Assembly: GCA_950097015.1 (NCBI GenBank)
Contig: CATNEN010000033.1
Coordinates: 186,001-250,000, forward strand
Origin: Macrostomum hystrix
Lineage: Eukaryota > Animalia > Platyhelminthes
DNA: 64,000 nt
Reading direction: 5' to 3'
Shown here piece after piece: positions 23,617 to 35,771 of this stretch; within the stretch, counting starts at the first letter, position 1; every line of letters starts with the position of its first letter. Under the pieces are notes generated by a model. It did not search any database and was not told where the DNA came from. It saw only the letters and a program-made list of their open reading frames with translations. A program made the translations under genes and the position numbers.

Positions 23617-25683
23617 ATGGGCCACCGAATCGACGCCGGCGGTCTCCACCCGCTGGAAAGCAAGGTCAGCGCGATCGTCGAGGCGCCAGCTCCCCAGGAC
23701 GTCACCCAACTCCGCAGCTTCCTGGGCCTCATAAATTATTATGGACGATTCCTGCCGAACCTGTCCAGCGTGCTCGCTCCGCTGCACCGCCTCTTGGACA
23801 AGGGCGCTGCCTGGCAATGGAACAGCCCGCAAGAGAGTGCGTTTCACCGCTGCAAGGAGCTCCTGCTGAGCTCCCAGACTCTAGTGCACTTCGACCCCGG
23901 GAAAGAGGTCATCCTGGAATGCGACAGCTCGCCCTACGGTCTCGGCGCGGTCATCTGCCACCTGATAGATGGCGTGGAGCGGCCTATCGCGTTTGCGTCC
24001 CGCACTCTGGCCGATGCGGAGAAGAACTACTCCCAGACGGAGAAGGAGGCCTTGGCAGTTGTTTTCGGCATCAAGCGATTCCACACCTATCTGTACGGCC
24101 GGAACTTCCAGCTGAAGAGTGACCACAAGCCGCTTCTAGGGCTGCTTCACGAGAACAAAGCCATTCCGCCACTAGCATCGGCCAGGATTCAGCGCTGGGC
24201 TCTGCTGCTGTCCAGCTACTCCTATCGACTGCAGTACCGCAAGGGCGCCACCCTGCTGCGGGCGGATGCGCTGAGCCGGTTGCCGCTGCCGTCCAAGCCA
24301 GCGGATGCGCCGGCGCCGGCTGAGGTGGTACTGCTGATCGACTCGTTCAACGAGGGCCCAGTGACTGCGGCTCAAGTTCGCTGCTGGACACGGCGAGACC
24401 CGCTGCTCGGTCGAGTGCTCAGGTTCGTGCAAGAAGGCTGGCCGGAGGATCGGCGATGGAGCGAAGATCTGCGGCCGTTTGCCTCTCGAGCTGCGGAACT
24501 GAGCGTGGAGGACGGCTGCCTGCTTTGGGGCACCAGAGTGGTGGTGCCGGTTCAGGGACGCCTGGCGCTGCTCGAGTGTCTGCACCAAAGTCACCTAGGA
24601 GCGTCCAAGCTGAAGTCGCTGGCCAGGAACTATTTTTGGTGGCCGGGAATGGACGGTGACATCGAGCGGCTCTCGCAGCACTGCCGGCAGTGCAAACTGC
24701 ATCAGCAAAGCCCACCTCCTGTGCCGCTGCAGCCCTGGCCCTGGCCTGACAGACCGTGGTCAAGGGTCCACATGGACTACGCTGGACCGTTCGAAGGCAA
24801 GATGTTGCTGATTCTGGTCGATGCGCATTCCAAGTGGATCGAGGTGCACATCTGCCAGTCCGCGACCAGCTCCGCTACAATCGATAGGCTCCGGCGGACT
24901 TTCAGCCAGTTGGGCCTGCCGGAGGTCGTGGTGACGGACAACGGTCCCAACTTCGTGAGCCAGGAGATGGAGAGCTTCATGAGCAGCAACGGCATCCGGC
25001 ATGTCAAGGTGTCGCCTTATCATCCGGCGTCCAACGGCCTGGCAGAACGCGCGGTACAAACAGTGAAGGCGGCTCTGGTGAAGGGACGGCCGGCGGCTCT
25101 GCAGACTCGGCTCGCTAGATTCCTGCTGACCTACCGGGTGACTCCGCACAGCACGACTGGCGTTCCGCCGAGCCAGCTGATGATGGGCCGGCCTCTGCGA
25201 ACGCTGCTGGATCTGGTACGTCCGGACGTCTCGGCTGTGGTCACGCGGCGACAGGAAGCACAGAAGCTACAACACGACAGGCGCGCCAGATCGAGGTCCT
25301 TCGAGGAAGGCGACGACGTCGTAGTGCGGGATTTCACGGGTCAGCAGAAGTGGCTGCCGGCCAGCATCAGCCGACAAACAACGCCTTTGTCCTACGAGTG
25401 CCGGCTGCCTGATGATCGCATTGTACGCCGCCACGCCGACCATGTAGCCTCTGCAGGCATCGAACCGCGGACCTCTGGAAGCACGGAACAGCCAATAAAT
25501 GACGACCTGCGCTACGAATCGGCTGAGGCAGAGGTTCCGCCGCGACTGCCGCCCACGCCGCCGCCGCCCGCACAGCCACCGACCACGCCGCCGCCACCCA
25601 TGCAGCCGCCGCTTCCTCCGACTCCACAGGCGCGGCGTTCACAGAGGAGCCGAAAATGCCCGGACAGGTTGACGTACAACTGA
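23617..25683 (+). CDS. Gypsy pol fragment: RT C-terminus, RNase H, integrase
   Basis: LRSFLGLINYYGRFLPNLS (RT thumb); CDSSPYGLGAV, PIAFASRTL, NYSQTEKEALAVVFGIKRFHTYLYGR, SDHKPL (RNase H); H..H...C..C zinc finger; HMDYAGP, TDNGPNF, SNGLAERAVQ (DDE integrase). Open for ~690 codons. The first codons of the tracked ORF (23590) come from the satellite. Confidence 0.95.
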   Translation: MGHRIDAGGLHPLESKVSAIVEAPAPQDVTQLRSFLGLINYYGRFLPNLSSVLAPLHRLLDKGAAWQWNSPQESAFHRCKELLLSSQTLVHFDPGKEVILECDSSPYGLGAVICHLIDGVERPIAFASRTLADAEKNYSQTEKEALAVVFGIKRFHTYLYGRNFQLKSDHKPLLGLLHENKAIPPLASARIQRWALLLSSYSYRLQYRKGATLLRADALSRLPLPSKPADAPAPAEVVLLIDSFNEGPVTAAQVRCWTRRDPLLGRVLRFVQEGWPEDRRWSEDLRPFASRAAELSVEDGCLLWGTRVVVPVQGRLALLECLHQSHLGASKLKSLARNYFWWPGMDGDIERLSQHCRQCKLHQQSPPPVPLQPWPWPDRPWSRVHMDYAGPFEGKMLLILVDAHSKWIEVHICQSATSSATIDRLRRTFSQLGLPEVVVTDNGPNFVSQEMESFMSSNGIRHVKVSPYHPASNGLAERAVQTVKAALVKGRPAALQTRLARFLLTYRVTPHSTTGVPPSQLMMGRPLRTLLDLVRPDVSAVVTRRQEAQKLQHDRRARSRSFEEGDDVVVRDFTGQQKWLPASISRQTTPLSYECRLPDDRIVRRHADHVASAGIEPRTSGSTEQPINDDLRYESAEAEVPPRLPPTPPPPAQPPTTPPPPMQPPLPPTPQARRSQRSRKCPDRLTYN

Positions 25684-25846
25684 ATGTGTTTTTTTGTTTT
25701 TTCTTGACAGACTTTTTTTCACAGCTTTCGCGTGGTCTTTGCTCCTTCGATTTTTTTTTGTTATTGTTGTCGTGGTGCTGGGAAGCATTTTCTTTTCTTT
25801 TTTTTTGTTCCTTTTTTTGCTTCTTTTTCGTCTACGTGTGGAGGGA

Positions 25847-26083
25847 TGTGGTGACTGCGTTTCGCTATCAGTGCAGAGTAGGGGATTGAGGGTGTTATTT
25901 TTCTCTCTCTCTCACACAATGTACTCGCGCATGTGCGTACTCTGGAGCGCGTGCACGCCCAGAGGTAGCGGCTGATTGGTCAGCCTGGTCAGGCTGAGAA
26001 ATAAACTTATATTTATTTAGAGAGCTAGGCTTGGCCTGCTCTGAAAAACTTCTCTCTCTGCAAGCCACGCTGACTTTATTACA
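25847..26083 (+). repeat. 3' long terminal repeat
   Basis: Starts TGTGG directly after the purine tract, ends TTACA directly before the satellite resumes; AATAAA at ~26000. Confidence 0.75.
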
Positions 26084-27145
26084 GATAGACTGAGAGAGAT
26101 AGAGATGGATAGACTGAGTGAGAGATAGAGATGGATAGACTGAGAGAGATAGAGATGGATAGACTGAGAGATAGAGATGGATAGACTGAGAGATAGAGAT
26201 GGATAGACTGAGAGATAGAGATGGATAGACTGAGAGAGATAGAGATGGATAGACTGAGTGAGAGATAGAGATGGATAGACTGAGAGAGATAGAGATGGAT
26301 AGACTGAGAGAGATAGAGATGGATAGACTGAGTGAGAGATAGAGATGGATAGACTGAGAGATAGAGATGGATAGACTGAGAGAGATAGAGATGGATAGAC
26401 TGAGAGATAGAGATGGATAGACTGAGAGATAGAGATGGATAGACTGAGAGATAGAGATGGATAGACTGAGAGAGATAGAGATGGATAGACTGAGTGAGAG
26501 ATAGAGATGGATAGACTGAGAGAGATAGAGATGGATAGACTGAGAGAGATAGAGATGGATAGACTGAGTGAGAGATAGAGATGGATAGACTGAGAGAGAT
26601 AGAGATGGATAGACTGAGAGAGATAGAGATGGATAGACTGAGTGAGAGATAGAGATGGATAGACTGAGTGAGAGATAGAGATGGATAGACTGAGAGATAG
26701 AGATGGATAGACTGAGAGAGATAGAGATGGATAGACTGAGTGAGAGATAGAGATGGATAGACTGAGAGATAGAGATGGATAGACTGAGAGAGATAGAGAT
26801 GGATAGACTGAGAGATAGAGATGGATAGACTGAGAGAGATAGAGATGGATAGACTGAGAGATAGAGATGGATAGACTGAGTGAGAGATAGAGATGGATAG
26901 ACTGAGAGAGATAGAGATGGATAGACTGAGAGAGATAGAGATGGATAGACTGAGTGAGAGATAGAGATGGATAGACTGAGAGAGATAGAGATGGATAGAC
27001 TGAGTGAGAGATAGAGATGGATAGACTGAGAGATAGAGATGGATAGACTGAGAGAGATAGAGATGGATAGACTGAGAGATAGAGATGGATAGACTGAGAG
27101 AGATAGAGATGGATAGACTGAGTGAGAGATAGAGATGGATAGACT
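26084..27145. repeat. GA-rich 20/22-bp satellite, right of the Gypsy element (same orientation as the left array)
   Basis: Same unit as 22270-23604. Confidence 0.97.
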
Positions 27146-27324
27146 TAGAAGAGCCTGTACTGAGATGTCGCTGGTAGGCTGTGGGGTCCGTAGAAAGCGG
27201 GTTTTGATTGGCTGTTCGTACGCAGTGTCCACACAGTGTAAATTATTTCTCAAGCATTTGATCTCTTACTGAAGAGACAGCAACTCGCCTATTGACAAGC
27301 AATCAAACAAACAATTACTAGGCC

Positions 27325-27401
27325 ATGGAATCGAGTGTCCCCGCTATCTCGACAGGAAACTCAAGCTCTGAGGATGTCAGCCATCCCATGCGCAATGAGA
27401 G
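27325..27401 (+). CDS. Putative small first coding exon (MESSVPAISTGNSSSEDVSHPMRNE-)
   Basis: GCCATGG start context, preceded by TACTAG; ends AG|GTACGT (phase 2). Could splice to 28654 or to TP53I11 exon 2 at 32078. Confidence 0.35.
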
Positions 27402-27694
27402 GTACGTGTACACGACAATTATTGCCTGTGAGAGCAGACACAAAACAGGAAACCTAGAACGAGAATCACAAAATCCAAAGCAATAATAATAAAATCGAAC
27501 AACGGACGTCAAACTAGAAACTGCCTACTGCACACTGACATATATGGCATGGGGGCATAACAAATAAGTGGACCTTGTTTTCAACTTCTATTTGGCACCT
27601 GATAACCGATCTGTTCTCATAGGCTTCTCATCTCTCTGTCTTGCAGTTTGAAAAATCCTTCGCATGCTAACATTCCATGGTTTCCTAGTATTGC

Positions 27695-28565
27695 CCGAAA
27701 TTACCCAAAATTACCCAAAATTACCCAAAATTACCCGAAATGATTCGAAATGATCCGAAATGATCCGAAATTGCCCAAAACTATGCGAAATTACCCGAAA
27801 TTGCCCGAAATTAGCCGAAATTAGCAGAAATTAGCCGAAATGATCCGAAATTACCCGAAACTACGCGAAATTAGCCGAAATGATCTGAAATTATCCTAAA
27901 GGATCCAAAATGATCCGAAATTTACTCGAAAGTACTATAAATTACCCGAAATTACCCGAAACTATGCGAAATTACCCGAAATTGCCCGAAATTAGCCGAA
28001 ATGATCCGAAATTACCCGAAACTACGCGAAATTACCCGAAGGTACCCGAAGGTACCCGAAAATTACCCGAAATGATCTGAAATTATCCTAAAGGATCCAA
28101 AATGATCCGAAATTTACTCGAAATTACCAGAAATTACCCAAAAGTACCATAAATTACCAGAAATTACCCGAAACTACATGAAATTACCCGAAATTGCCCG
28201 AAATTTGCCGAAATTTGCCGAAATTACCCGAAATTGCCCGAAATTACCCGAAATTACCCGAAATTACCCGAAATTACCCAAAATTACCCGAAATGATTCG
28301 AAATGATCCGAAATTACCCTAAATAACCCGAAATTACACGAAATGATCCGAAATTACCCGAAACTACGCGAAATTACCCGAAACTACGCGAAATTACCCG
28401 AAATTACCCGAAATTACCCGAAATTACCCGAGATTATCCGAAACTACGCGAAATTACCTGAAATTACCCGAAATTACCCGAAATTACCCGAAATTATCCG
28501 AAATTACCCGAAATTATCCGAAACTACGCGAAATTACCCGAAATTACCCGAAATTACCCGAAATG
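27695..28565. repeat. 10-bp minisatellite
   Basis: Unit AAATTACCCG with variants. Confidence 0.95.
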
Positions 28566-29074
28566 AAGTACCATGAGCCCGGAAATGACAAGCCCGTTTT
28601 ATGAGCTGAATTTTCTTAACTGAAAACATTTTCTTCTTTCAACAAGCTCTCAGTCTCGCGCTCGAAGAGCTTTCTCACCCAGAATCTCCCATGGGGGGAG
28701 GGTCGGGTCGATCCCCATCAGGCAATGGCCAAGGTGGTGTCGATTTTCAAACAAGACTCCATTCGCTGGCCTGGAAGCAGATATTTTAGTTCCTTCCATT
28801 CGGACTGGCAAACACCTGAAACTCTGCCCCCCAACAGCCACTTCATAGAGACAGCCGCCCAAACCATGGGATACTTGAGACCGAGTTTTTGACTCGCTTA
28901 ATCCGTTTTTTCGCTTAATCCGCCCTTTAATCACCTCCATACTGGCGCCCACATCTGTTTTCCTAAATATTCCCCTATGCCCAATCTTTGCCGACATTTT
29001 TCCTCCCAAACCTTTCTCTCCCCTCTCACCCTCTTTCATTACTACCCCTTCTCTCCTGCTGCTATTGCTAATCA

Positions 29075-29670
29075 AATTTCTCCCTTCTCGCCATTCTCCC
29101 TTCTCGCCATTCTCCTTTCATGCCATTCTCCCTTCTCGCTATTCTCCTTTCATGCCATTCTCCCTTCTCGCTATTCTCCTTTCTCGCTATTCTCCCTTCT
29201 CGCCATTCTCCCTTCTCGCCATTCTCCCTTCTCGCCATTCTCCCTTCTCGCCATTCTCCCTTCTCGCCATTCTCCTTTCTTGCCATTCTCCCTTCTCGCC
29301 ATTCTCCTTTCTTGCCATTCTCCCTTCTTGCCATTCTACCTTCTCGCCATTCTCCCTTCTCGCCATTCTCCCTTCTCGCCATTCTCCCTTGTCGCCCTTC
29401 TCCCTTCTCGCCATTCTCCCTTCTCGCCATTCTCCTTTCTTGCCATTCTCCCTTCTCGCCATTCTCCCTTCTCGCCATTCTCCTTTCTTGCCATTCTCCC
29501 TTCTTGCCATTCTACCTTCTCGCCATTCTCCCTTCTCGCCATTCTCCCTTCTCGCCATTCTCCCTTCTCGCCATTCTCCTTTCTTGCCATTCTCCCTTCT
29601 CGCCATTCTCCTTTCTTGCCATTCTCCTTTCTTGCCATTCTCCCTTCTCGCCTTTCTCCCTTCTCGCCGT
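29075..29670. repeat. Pyrimidine-rich ~16-bp tandem repeat
   Basis: Unit TTCTCGCCATTCTCCC. Confidence 0.92.
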
Positions 29671-30138
29671 TATCTTTTCTTCCTTCTCCACTCTCTTTCT
29701 CGCCCCTGCCTACCCCTTACTTTTGGAGTTACTCTTGGATGAACGTTATTTGATCAATCACTTTGCATTTTCATAAAAAATAAGTTAACCCTGGCAAATG
29801 AAACCCGATGAACTCCGATTCCTTAGCAGTTTTTTGGATTAATATTAATCTCTGGTTGCCTGCTGTGGGTCTCCCCTCATATAGATCGTAATTTCAATCT
29901 GGTGATGGATTATCATACAGAGTGCATTTTGCTCATAGTTTGCCGCGAGTTCACGTTTTCGCGCTGGTGCGTACGTGCTACTGTGAGTAGAAATGTAAGC
30001 AATTTAATTTAAACTACAACAAAAAGGTTCCCGTCACTTGATTGGCTACGACCAAAATGTATATTACGAGTAAAATAAAGTTGCACTTCCACAGATCTGT
30101 ATGTCAGATTCGGATCCCGCATAGCAGCTGAAAAATTA

Positions 30139-33100
30139 ATGGCAGAGGATTCGCAAGAAACTGCCGACTCAGAAGTCAAGGAGCGACCCAGATTGGAGAA
30201 GTAAGTGGAGTCCGTGAGGTCGAGTTTTTTGCCGTTAAATAGTCTGACATCACTCTTTATTGCCTGATATCATTCCCAGTTGTCTGACATCACTCCCAGT
30301 TGTCTGACATCACTCAAAATTGTCTGACATCACCCCAAATCGTCTGACATCACTCTAAATTGTCTGACATCACTCAAAATTGTCTGACATCACCCCAAAT
30401 CGTCTGACATCACTCAAAATTGTCTGACATCACCCCAAACCGTCTGACATCACTCTAAATTGTCTGAAATCACTCAAAATTGTCTGACATCACCCCAAAT
30501 CGTCTGACATCAATCCCAGTTGACTGACGTCACTCCCAGTTGACTGACATCACTCCCAGTTGACTGACGTCACTCCCAGTTGACTGACATCACTCCCAGT
30601 TGACTGACATCACTCCCAGTTGTCTGACATCACTCCCAGTTGACTGACATCACTCCCAGTTGACTGACATCACTCCCAGTTGACTGACATTACTCCCAGT
30701 TGACTGACATTACTCCCAGTTGTGTGACATCACTCCCAGTTGTCTGACATCACTCTTTATTGTCTGACATCACTCCAAATCGTCTGACATCAATCCCAGT
30801 TGACTGACATCACTCCCAGTTTACTGACATCACTCCCAGTTTACTGACATCACTCCCAGTTGTCTGACATCACTCTTTATTGTCTGACATCACTCTAAAT
30901 TGTCTGACATCACTCCAAATCTTGTGACATCACTCCCAGTTGACTGACATCACTCCCAGTTGACTGACATCACTCCCAGTTGACTGACATCACTTCAAAT
31001 TGTCTGACGTCACTCTATATTGTCTGACATCAGTCCAAAATGTTTGATATTATTCCATTCGTCAGACATCACTCCAAATCTGACGGCACATAGGCTCTTA
31101 AATGCTTAGTTCCCTGAAATAGTCCTGTCTATCATCTTGCGTTAGAAAGGCTTTGAATAAAATAAGAAGATCTGTGATGATGGACTGAGTAGTGAAATCA
31201 GATGAGAATGCTATAATGCAAGCGTGATTGAATTGGGAACAGATGAAGGGCTTCCCAGAAATGCGACAGTCAAAAAACTATTGTGAAAACTATTAATTAC
31301 GAGTATAAGCCAGTTCTTTTTTCTCAAATTTACATAATTGTAACATTTAAAGCACCATTGCATTGAATAGGAGGATTTAAGGAATTTTCTATTTGAGTGA
31401 CGTCTTTTTCAGAGTACATAGTACTTCACTAGGGAGTAAAATATAGTTTAAGAAATATTATAAAGATAGAAAAATGAGAAATTAGAGGGAAAAGAGTGAT
31501 TCAGGGATGTGATGGTTAGAGAGAGGAGAGGGGTAGAGGATGAGAGGGGTAGAGAGAGGAGAGGGGTAGAGGGATGAGATGGGTTGGGGATGAGAGGGGT
31601 AGACGGATGATAGGGGTAGAGGGATCGGAGGGGTAGACGGATGATAGGGTAGAGGGATGAGAGGGGTAGAGGGATGAGAGGGGTAGAGGGATGAGAGGGG
31701 TAGACGGATGATAGGGTAGAGGGATGAGAGGGGTAGAGGGATGAGAGGGGTAGACGGATGATAGGGTAGAGGGATGAGAGGGGTAGAGGGATGAGAGGGG
31801 TAGAGGGATGAGAGGGGTAGAGGGATGAGAGGGGTAGACGGATGATAGGGTAGAGGGATGAGAGGGGTAGAGGGATGAGAGGGGTAGAGGGATGAGAGGG
31901 GTAGAGGGATGAGAGGGGTAGAGGAGGAGAGGGGTAGAGGGATGAGAGGGAAGAGGGACAAGGAGGGTAGAGCGAACATTGGCTGGAGTCAAGTGTCAAA
32001 ACAGCAAATGCAGTGAAAAATTGTATTCGATATGATTGAGATAATGCACAATGTGACCCCCTGACTGTCTCACAAAGGAAGCAGAGCAGCGGTGATCTCC
32101 ACAGCCGGCTGAAGACCCGCAAACTGCTCGGCGTTGGCGGCACGGACGATGGCGACGTGCACCGGTCTAAGCTGAGCCAGATTCTCGGCCACAGCGACCG
32201 CCTGCATCGCCGGCTGCCGCGAGGCGTTCGAGAATGGCAGCTGGCCTGCGCTATAGCCTTCACCTGCCTGGCACTGCTGGTCCGTTTGGATTGGACTGGG
32301 ACTGGGACTGGGGAGTGAGGAGATGGGAGTGAGGAGATGGGGAGTGAGGAGATGGGGAGTGAGGAGATGGGGAGTGAGGAGATGGGAGTGAGGAGATGGG
32401 GAGTGAGGAGATGGGGAGTGAGGAGATGGGGAGTGAGGAGATGGGGAGTGAGGAGATGGGGAGTGAGAAGATGGGGAGTGAGGAGATGGGAGTGAGGAGA
32501 TGGGGAGTGAGGAGATGGGGAGTGAGGAGATGGGGAGTGAGGAGATGGGATTGAGGAGATGGGAGTTAAGAGTGTGGAGATACGGGGAGGGACGTTGAGT
32601 AATGTGGAGAGAACATTTAGAAGCTAATCCTTCATTGCTTTAGTAGATATGAGGCAGAACAGCAAAGACAGGAAATTGAGTAGCATGATGAAGGAAAGGT
32701 CTAGAGGTTTCACTATATTATGTTTGTTGCAGTCCACATTAAAATTCCTGAAAGCAGAGGTGAAGAAATTTCTCCTCAGTTCTGCGGCTTAGTGTAGAAA
32801 TCCCAGCCATAAAAGAAGATGAGGATTAAACCAGCGAAGCCGCTTGCTGCTTTAAAAAGCAAAAACTAATTTTCCCTGGTCATTTAGTCGATCGACTAAA
32901 AAACACAGGCAACTCGGGTCCTGCAGCCTCAGCTGACCTACTTTCTAATGCCCGCTCTCGAGGGCTCTTCAGGTGAAAGAAAAAGTGCAGGGCGGGTAAG
33001 CGGGATGCAAAGATTTTGTTCCAGTTTAGGAGCACTCGGAGGAAAAGAGCTTTTTGAGTTGAGGTCGGTCGTGGCGTCCTTGTGGAACTGGTCATTAATT

Positions 33101-34125
33101 GGGTCTGTTGCACATCTCCGCTTTCCTGCGAGTTCGTAAAGATTTTTAAAGCCAAGCGCGGCTTCTTCAAGTAAAATATAATATTCCCGACAAGGGCTGC
33201 TGTGCGACAGACAAGCTGCGGGAGTGTCACGGGCGCCCAGACTGCGGCCTGCCTTCCCACTGATTTCTATCCTATTTTATGTCACCGCAGGCCCTAGCCA
33301 AGCCTTCTATTCTGCTGGCAGCCAATGAGCCAATCAGCTGCAGCTCGGAAGTCCAGCCCCAGCACCAGGGCATCGTGATTGGTCGCCTCTACGGCGTCTG
33401 CGTACTGGGTGAGAGCGGAGTAATTTGATTGGCTAGGAAAAATCCTGTTGCTTCTATTTCTAGAAAAATAAGCCCAACAGGGAATCCCATTTCGGGGAAA
33501 CTAACCCGCAGTGCTGGCCTGCGGGCTCTGGCTCGCCTGGCACTCGGAGGATGGCGAACTCGTGCGCAGCAGCCTGCTGGGAACTGCGGGCCTGCTGGCA
33601 CTGCACCTGGCCGGTGAGAGAGAGAGAGAAAGAGAGAGACAAATCGAGATATAGAGAGAGAAAGAGATAGAGAGATTGATAGAGAGAAAGAAAGAGAGAG
33701 AGAAAGAAAGATCTCAAAGAGATTGAGAGAAAGAGAGATTGAGAGAAAGAGAGATTGAGAGAAAAAGAGTTTGAGAGAGAAAGAGAGATTGAGAGAGAAA
33801 GAGAGGGAGAGAGAGAGCGGGAGAGAGCAGAGAGGACACTGCCCATGGAATTTCAAAAATCTAATGTTGGAATCGATTCCGATATGTATCGAAAACATTG
33901 AAATCAGGATTCGAACCAAGGCAACTCCAGACGCGTTTCGCTCTTATTGGAGCTCATCAGTAGAGTCTAGCCTAGCGCTCTAGCCATTAGGCTATAGGCG
34001 CTTGTTCAAATCCAGCTTTCAATCTCAACATATCGTAATCGATTCGGCAGCGCCCCGAACTCAATCCATACTCACTCAACTCCGTGGCACTGACTCGGTC
34101 GTACGAGACGCCGGTGCTGGCCGGT

Positions 34126-34156
<31 letters not shown>

Positions 34157-35771
34157 AGAGAGAGACAAATAGAGATATAGAGAGAAAGAGATAGAGAGAT
34201 TGATAGAGAGAAAGAAAGAGAGCGAAAGAAAGATCTCAAAGAGATTGAGAGAAAGAGAGAGAGAAAGAGAGAAAGAGAGATCAGACAAGGAAAGAGAAAG
34301 AAAAAGAGAGAGCTGAAATCGCCAACTTAAGAGTAACAAACAACTCCGTCATGTCCCCTAGCAGGTGACAAAGCCTGTATTTATTTTGTCTTCTTTTTGT
34401 CAAGCCTCTGATTTGTCAAGCCTAGGATGTTTGAAATATATAAATATAAGTTAGGAATCCTCATTCTAGGAAAGGCTTTTTTTCCTTCTGCTGGACGGAC
34501 ACGGTTAAAGCATTGCCGTTTCCCAGGAAATGTTCAACACCTGATCCCTTGCAAAAAGGGGCGCTGAAAATGTTTTTTCAAAAGCAAATATTCCTGTTTT
34601 AATAAAAACTGTCCTTAGAATTTGCGAATTCCTGTTGAGCTCAGACAGGAATGAGGATTTGCAATCGAATGCAGGGGTGGAACTCTGGCTTCAGATCGGG
34701 TTGGCTAACTCTGGCCGCTATCAGCAAATTCTCTTTCACGTGTCCCTTCCGTCTTACTTCTTCCCTGTGTCATCTCTCCCCTGTCTCATCTCTCCTCTGT
34801 CTCATCTCTCCACTGTCTCGTCTCTCCCTGTCTCATCTCTCCACTGTCTCATCTCTCCGCTGTCTCATCTCTCCCGGGTCTTATCTCTCCACTGTCTCAT
34901 CTCTCCACTGTCTCGTCACTCCCTGTCTCATCTCTCCACTGTCTCGTCTCTCCCTGTCTCATCTCTTCCCTGTCTCATCTCTCCCCTGTCTCATCTCTCC
35001 CGGGTCTTATCTCTCCACTGTCTCATCTCTCCCCTGTCTTATCTCTCTTCTGTCTCATCTCTCCCGGGTCTCATCTCTCCACTGTCTCATCTCTCCCCTG
35101 TCTCATCTCTCCCCTGTCTCATCTCTCCACTGTCTCGTCACTCCCTGTCTCATCTCTCCCTGTCTCATCTCTCCCCTGTCTCATCTCTCCCGGGTCTTAT
35201 CTCTCCACTGTCTCATCTCTCCCCTGTCTTATCTCTCTTCTGTCTCATCTCTCCCGGGTCTCATCTCTCCACTGTCTCATCTCTCCCCTGTCTCATCTCT
35301 CCCCTGTCTCATCTCTCCACTGTCTCGTCTCTCCCTGTCTCATCTCTCCCGTGTCTCATCTCTCCCCTGTCTCATCTCTCCACTGTCTCATCTTTTCCCT
35401 GTCTCATCTCTCCCCTGTGTCATCTCTCCCCGTACCTCGTCTGTCTCCTATCTAGCCTCTCCACTGTCCAGCCCAGTCATTTCGAATGTTTTTTTTAATT
35501 ATATCCCAATAATAAATTTCAAGACCCGACCTGGGTGGTGGACAAAAATGTGTAAGCAGCCCAGTGAGTGATGTTAACAAACAATGCCTTTTAAGACTAA
35601 GAAGCACTTAAAAGCTGCTTTTTATCAACCTCTAACCCAATAAAATCTCGCCCAGTGCTCATCAGTGCCAGTCAGCAGCAGTTTCTGATTGGTCGAACCG
35701 GCCAGGCGGTGGTCCTTGCCGCTACTGTCATCTCCGCCTGGCAGTGCGTTCGCCTTCGCTCCGCGTGCTGA
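30139..35771 (+). CDS. TP53I11: TP53I11/PIG11-like multi-pass membrane protein, 5 exons
   Basis: Exons 30139-30200, 32078-32279, 33291-33408, 33512-33613, 35656-35771, all GT-AG and phase-consistent. KQSSGDLHSRLKTRKLLGVGGTDDGDVHRSKLSQILG matches the recalled TP53I11 N-terminus ([33 protein letters not shown]); RLYG motif present. First and last exons are less certain. Confidence 0.85.
30243..31080. repeat. 20-bp minisatellite (TP53I11 intron 1)
   Basis: Unit TG(T/A)CTGACATCACTCCCAGT. Confidence 0.95.
31520..31965. repeat. Purine-rich ~17-bp tandem repeat (TP53I11 intron 1)
   Basis: Unit GAGGGGTAGAGGGATGA. Confidence 0.9.
32313..32565. repeat. 15/16-bp G-rich tandem repeat (TP53I11 intron 2)
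   Basis: Unit GGGGAGTGAGGAGAT. Confidence 0.9.
34770..35430. repeat. 16-bp CT-rich tandem repeat (TP53I11 intron 4)
   Basis: Unit TGTCTCATCTCTCC(C/A)C. Confidence 0.92.

Larger units (their letters stand above)
23605..26083 (+). mobile_element. 5'-truncated Ty3/Gypsy LTR retrotransposon (probably Mag-like): pol 3' half, polypurine tract, 3' LTR
   Basis: Pol ORF, then GGAGGGA (25840-25846), then a 237-bp TGT...ACA segment containing AATAAA. No 5' LTR, gag, protease or YxDD motif seen upstream. Confidence 0.88.

Noticed and set aside
22017-27253. - strand 571/582/452-aa SLSISISQSIHLY ORFs
   Set aside because: Satellite translations plus antisense of Gypsy pol
27695-28565. Telomere-like repeat (AAATTACCCG)n
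   Set aside because: A degenerate 10-bp unit, not TTAGGG, and internal to a gene-rich region
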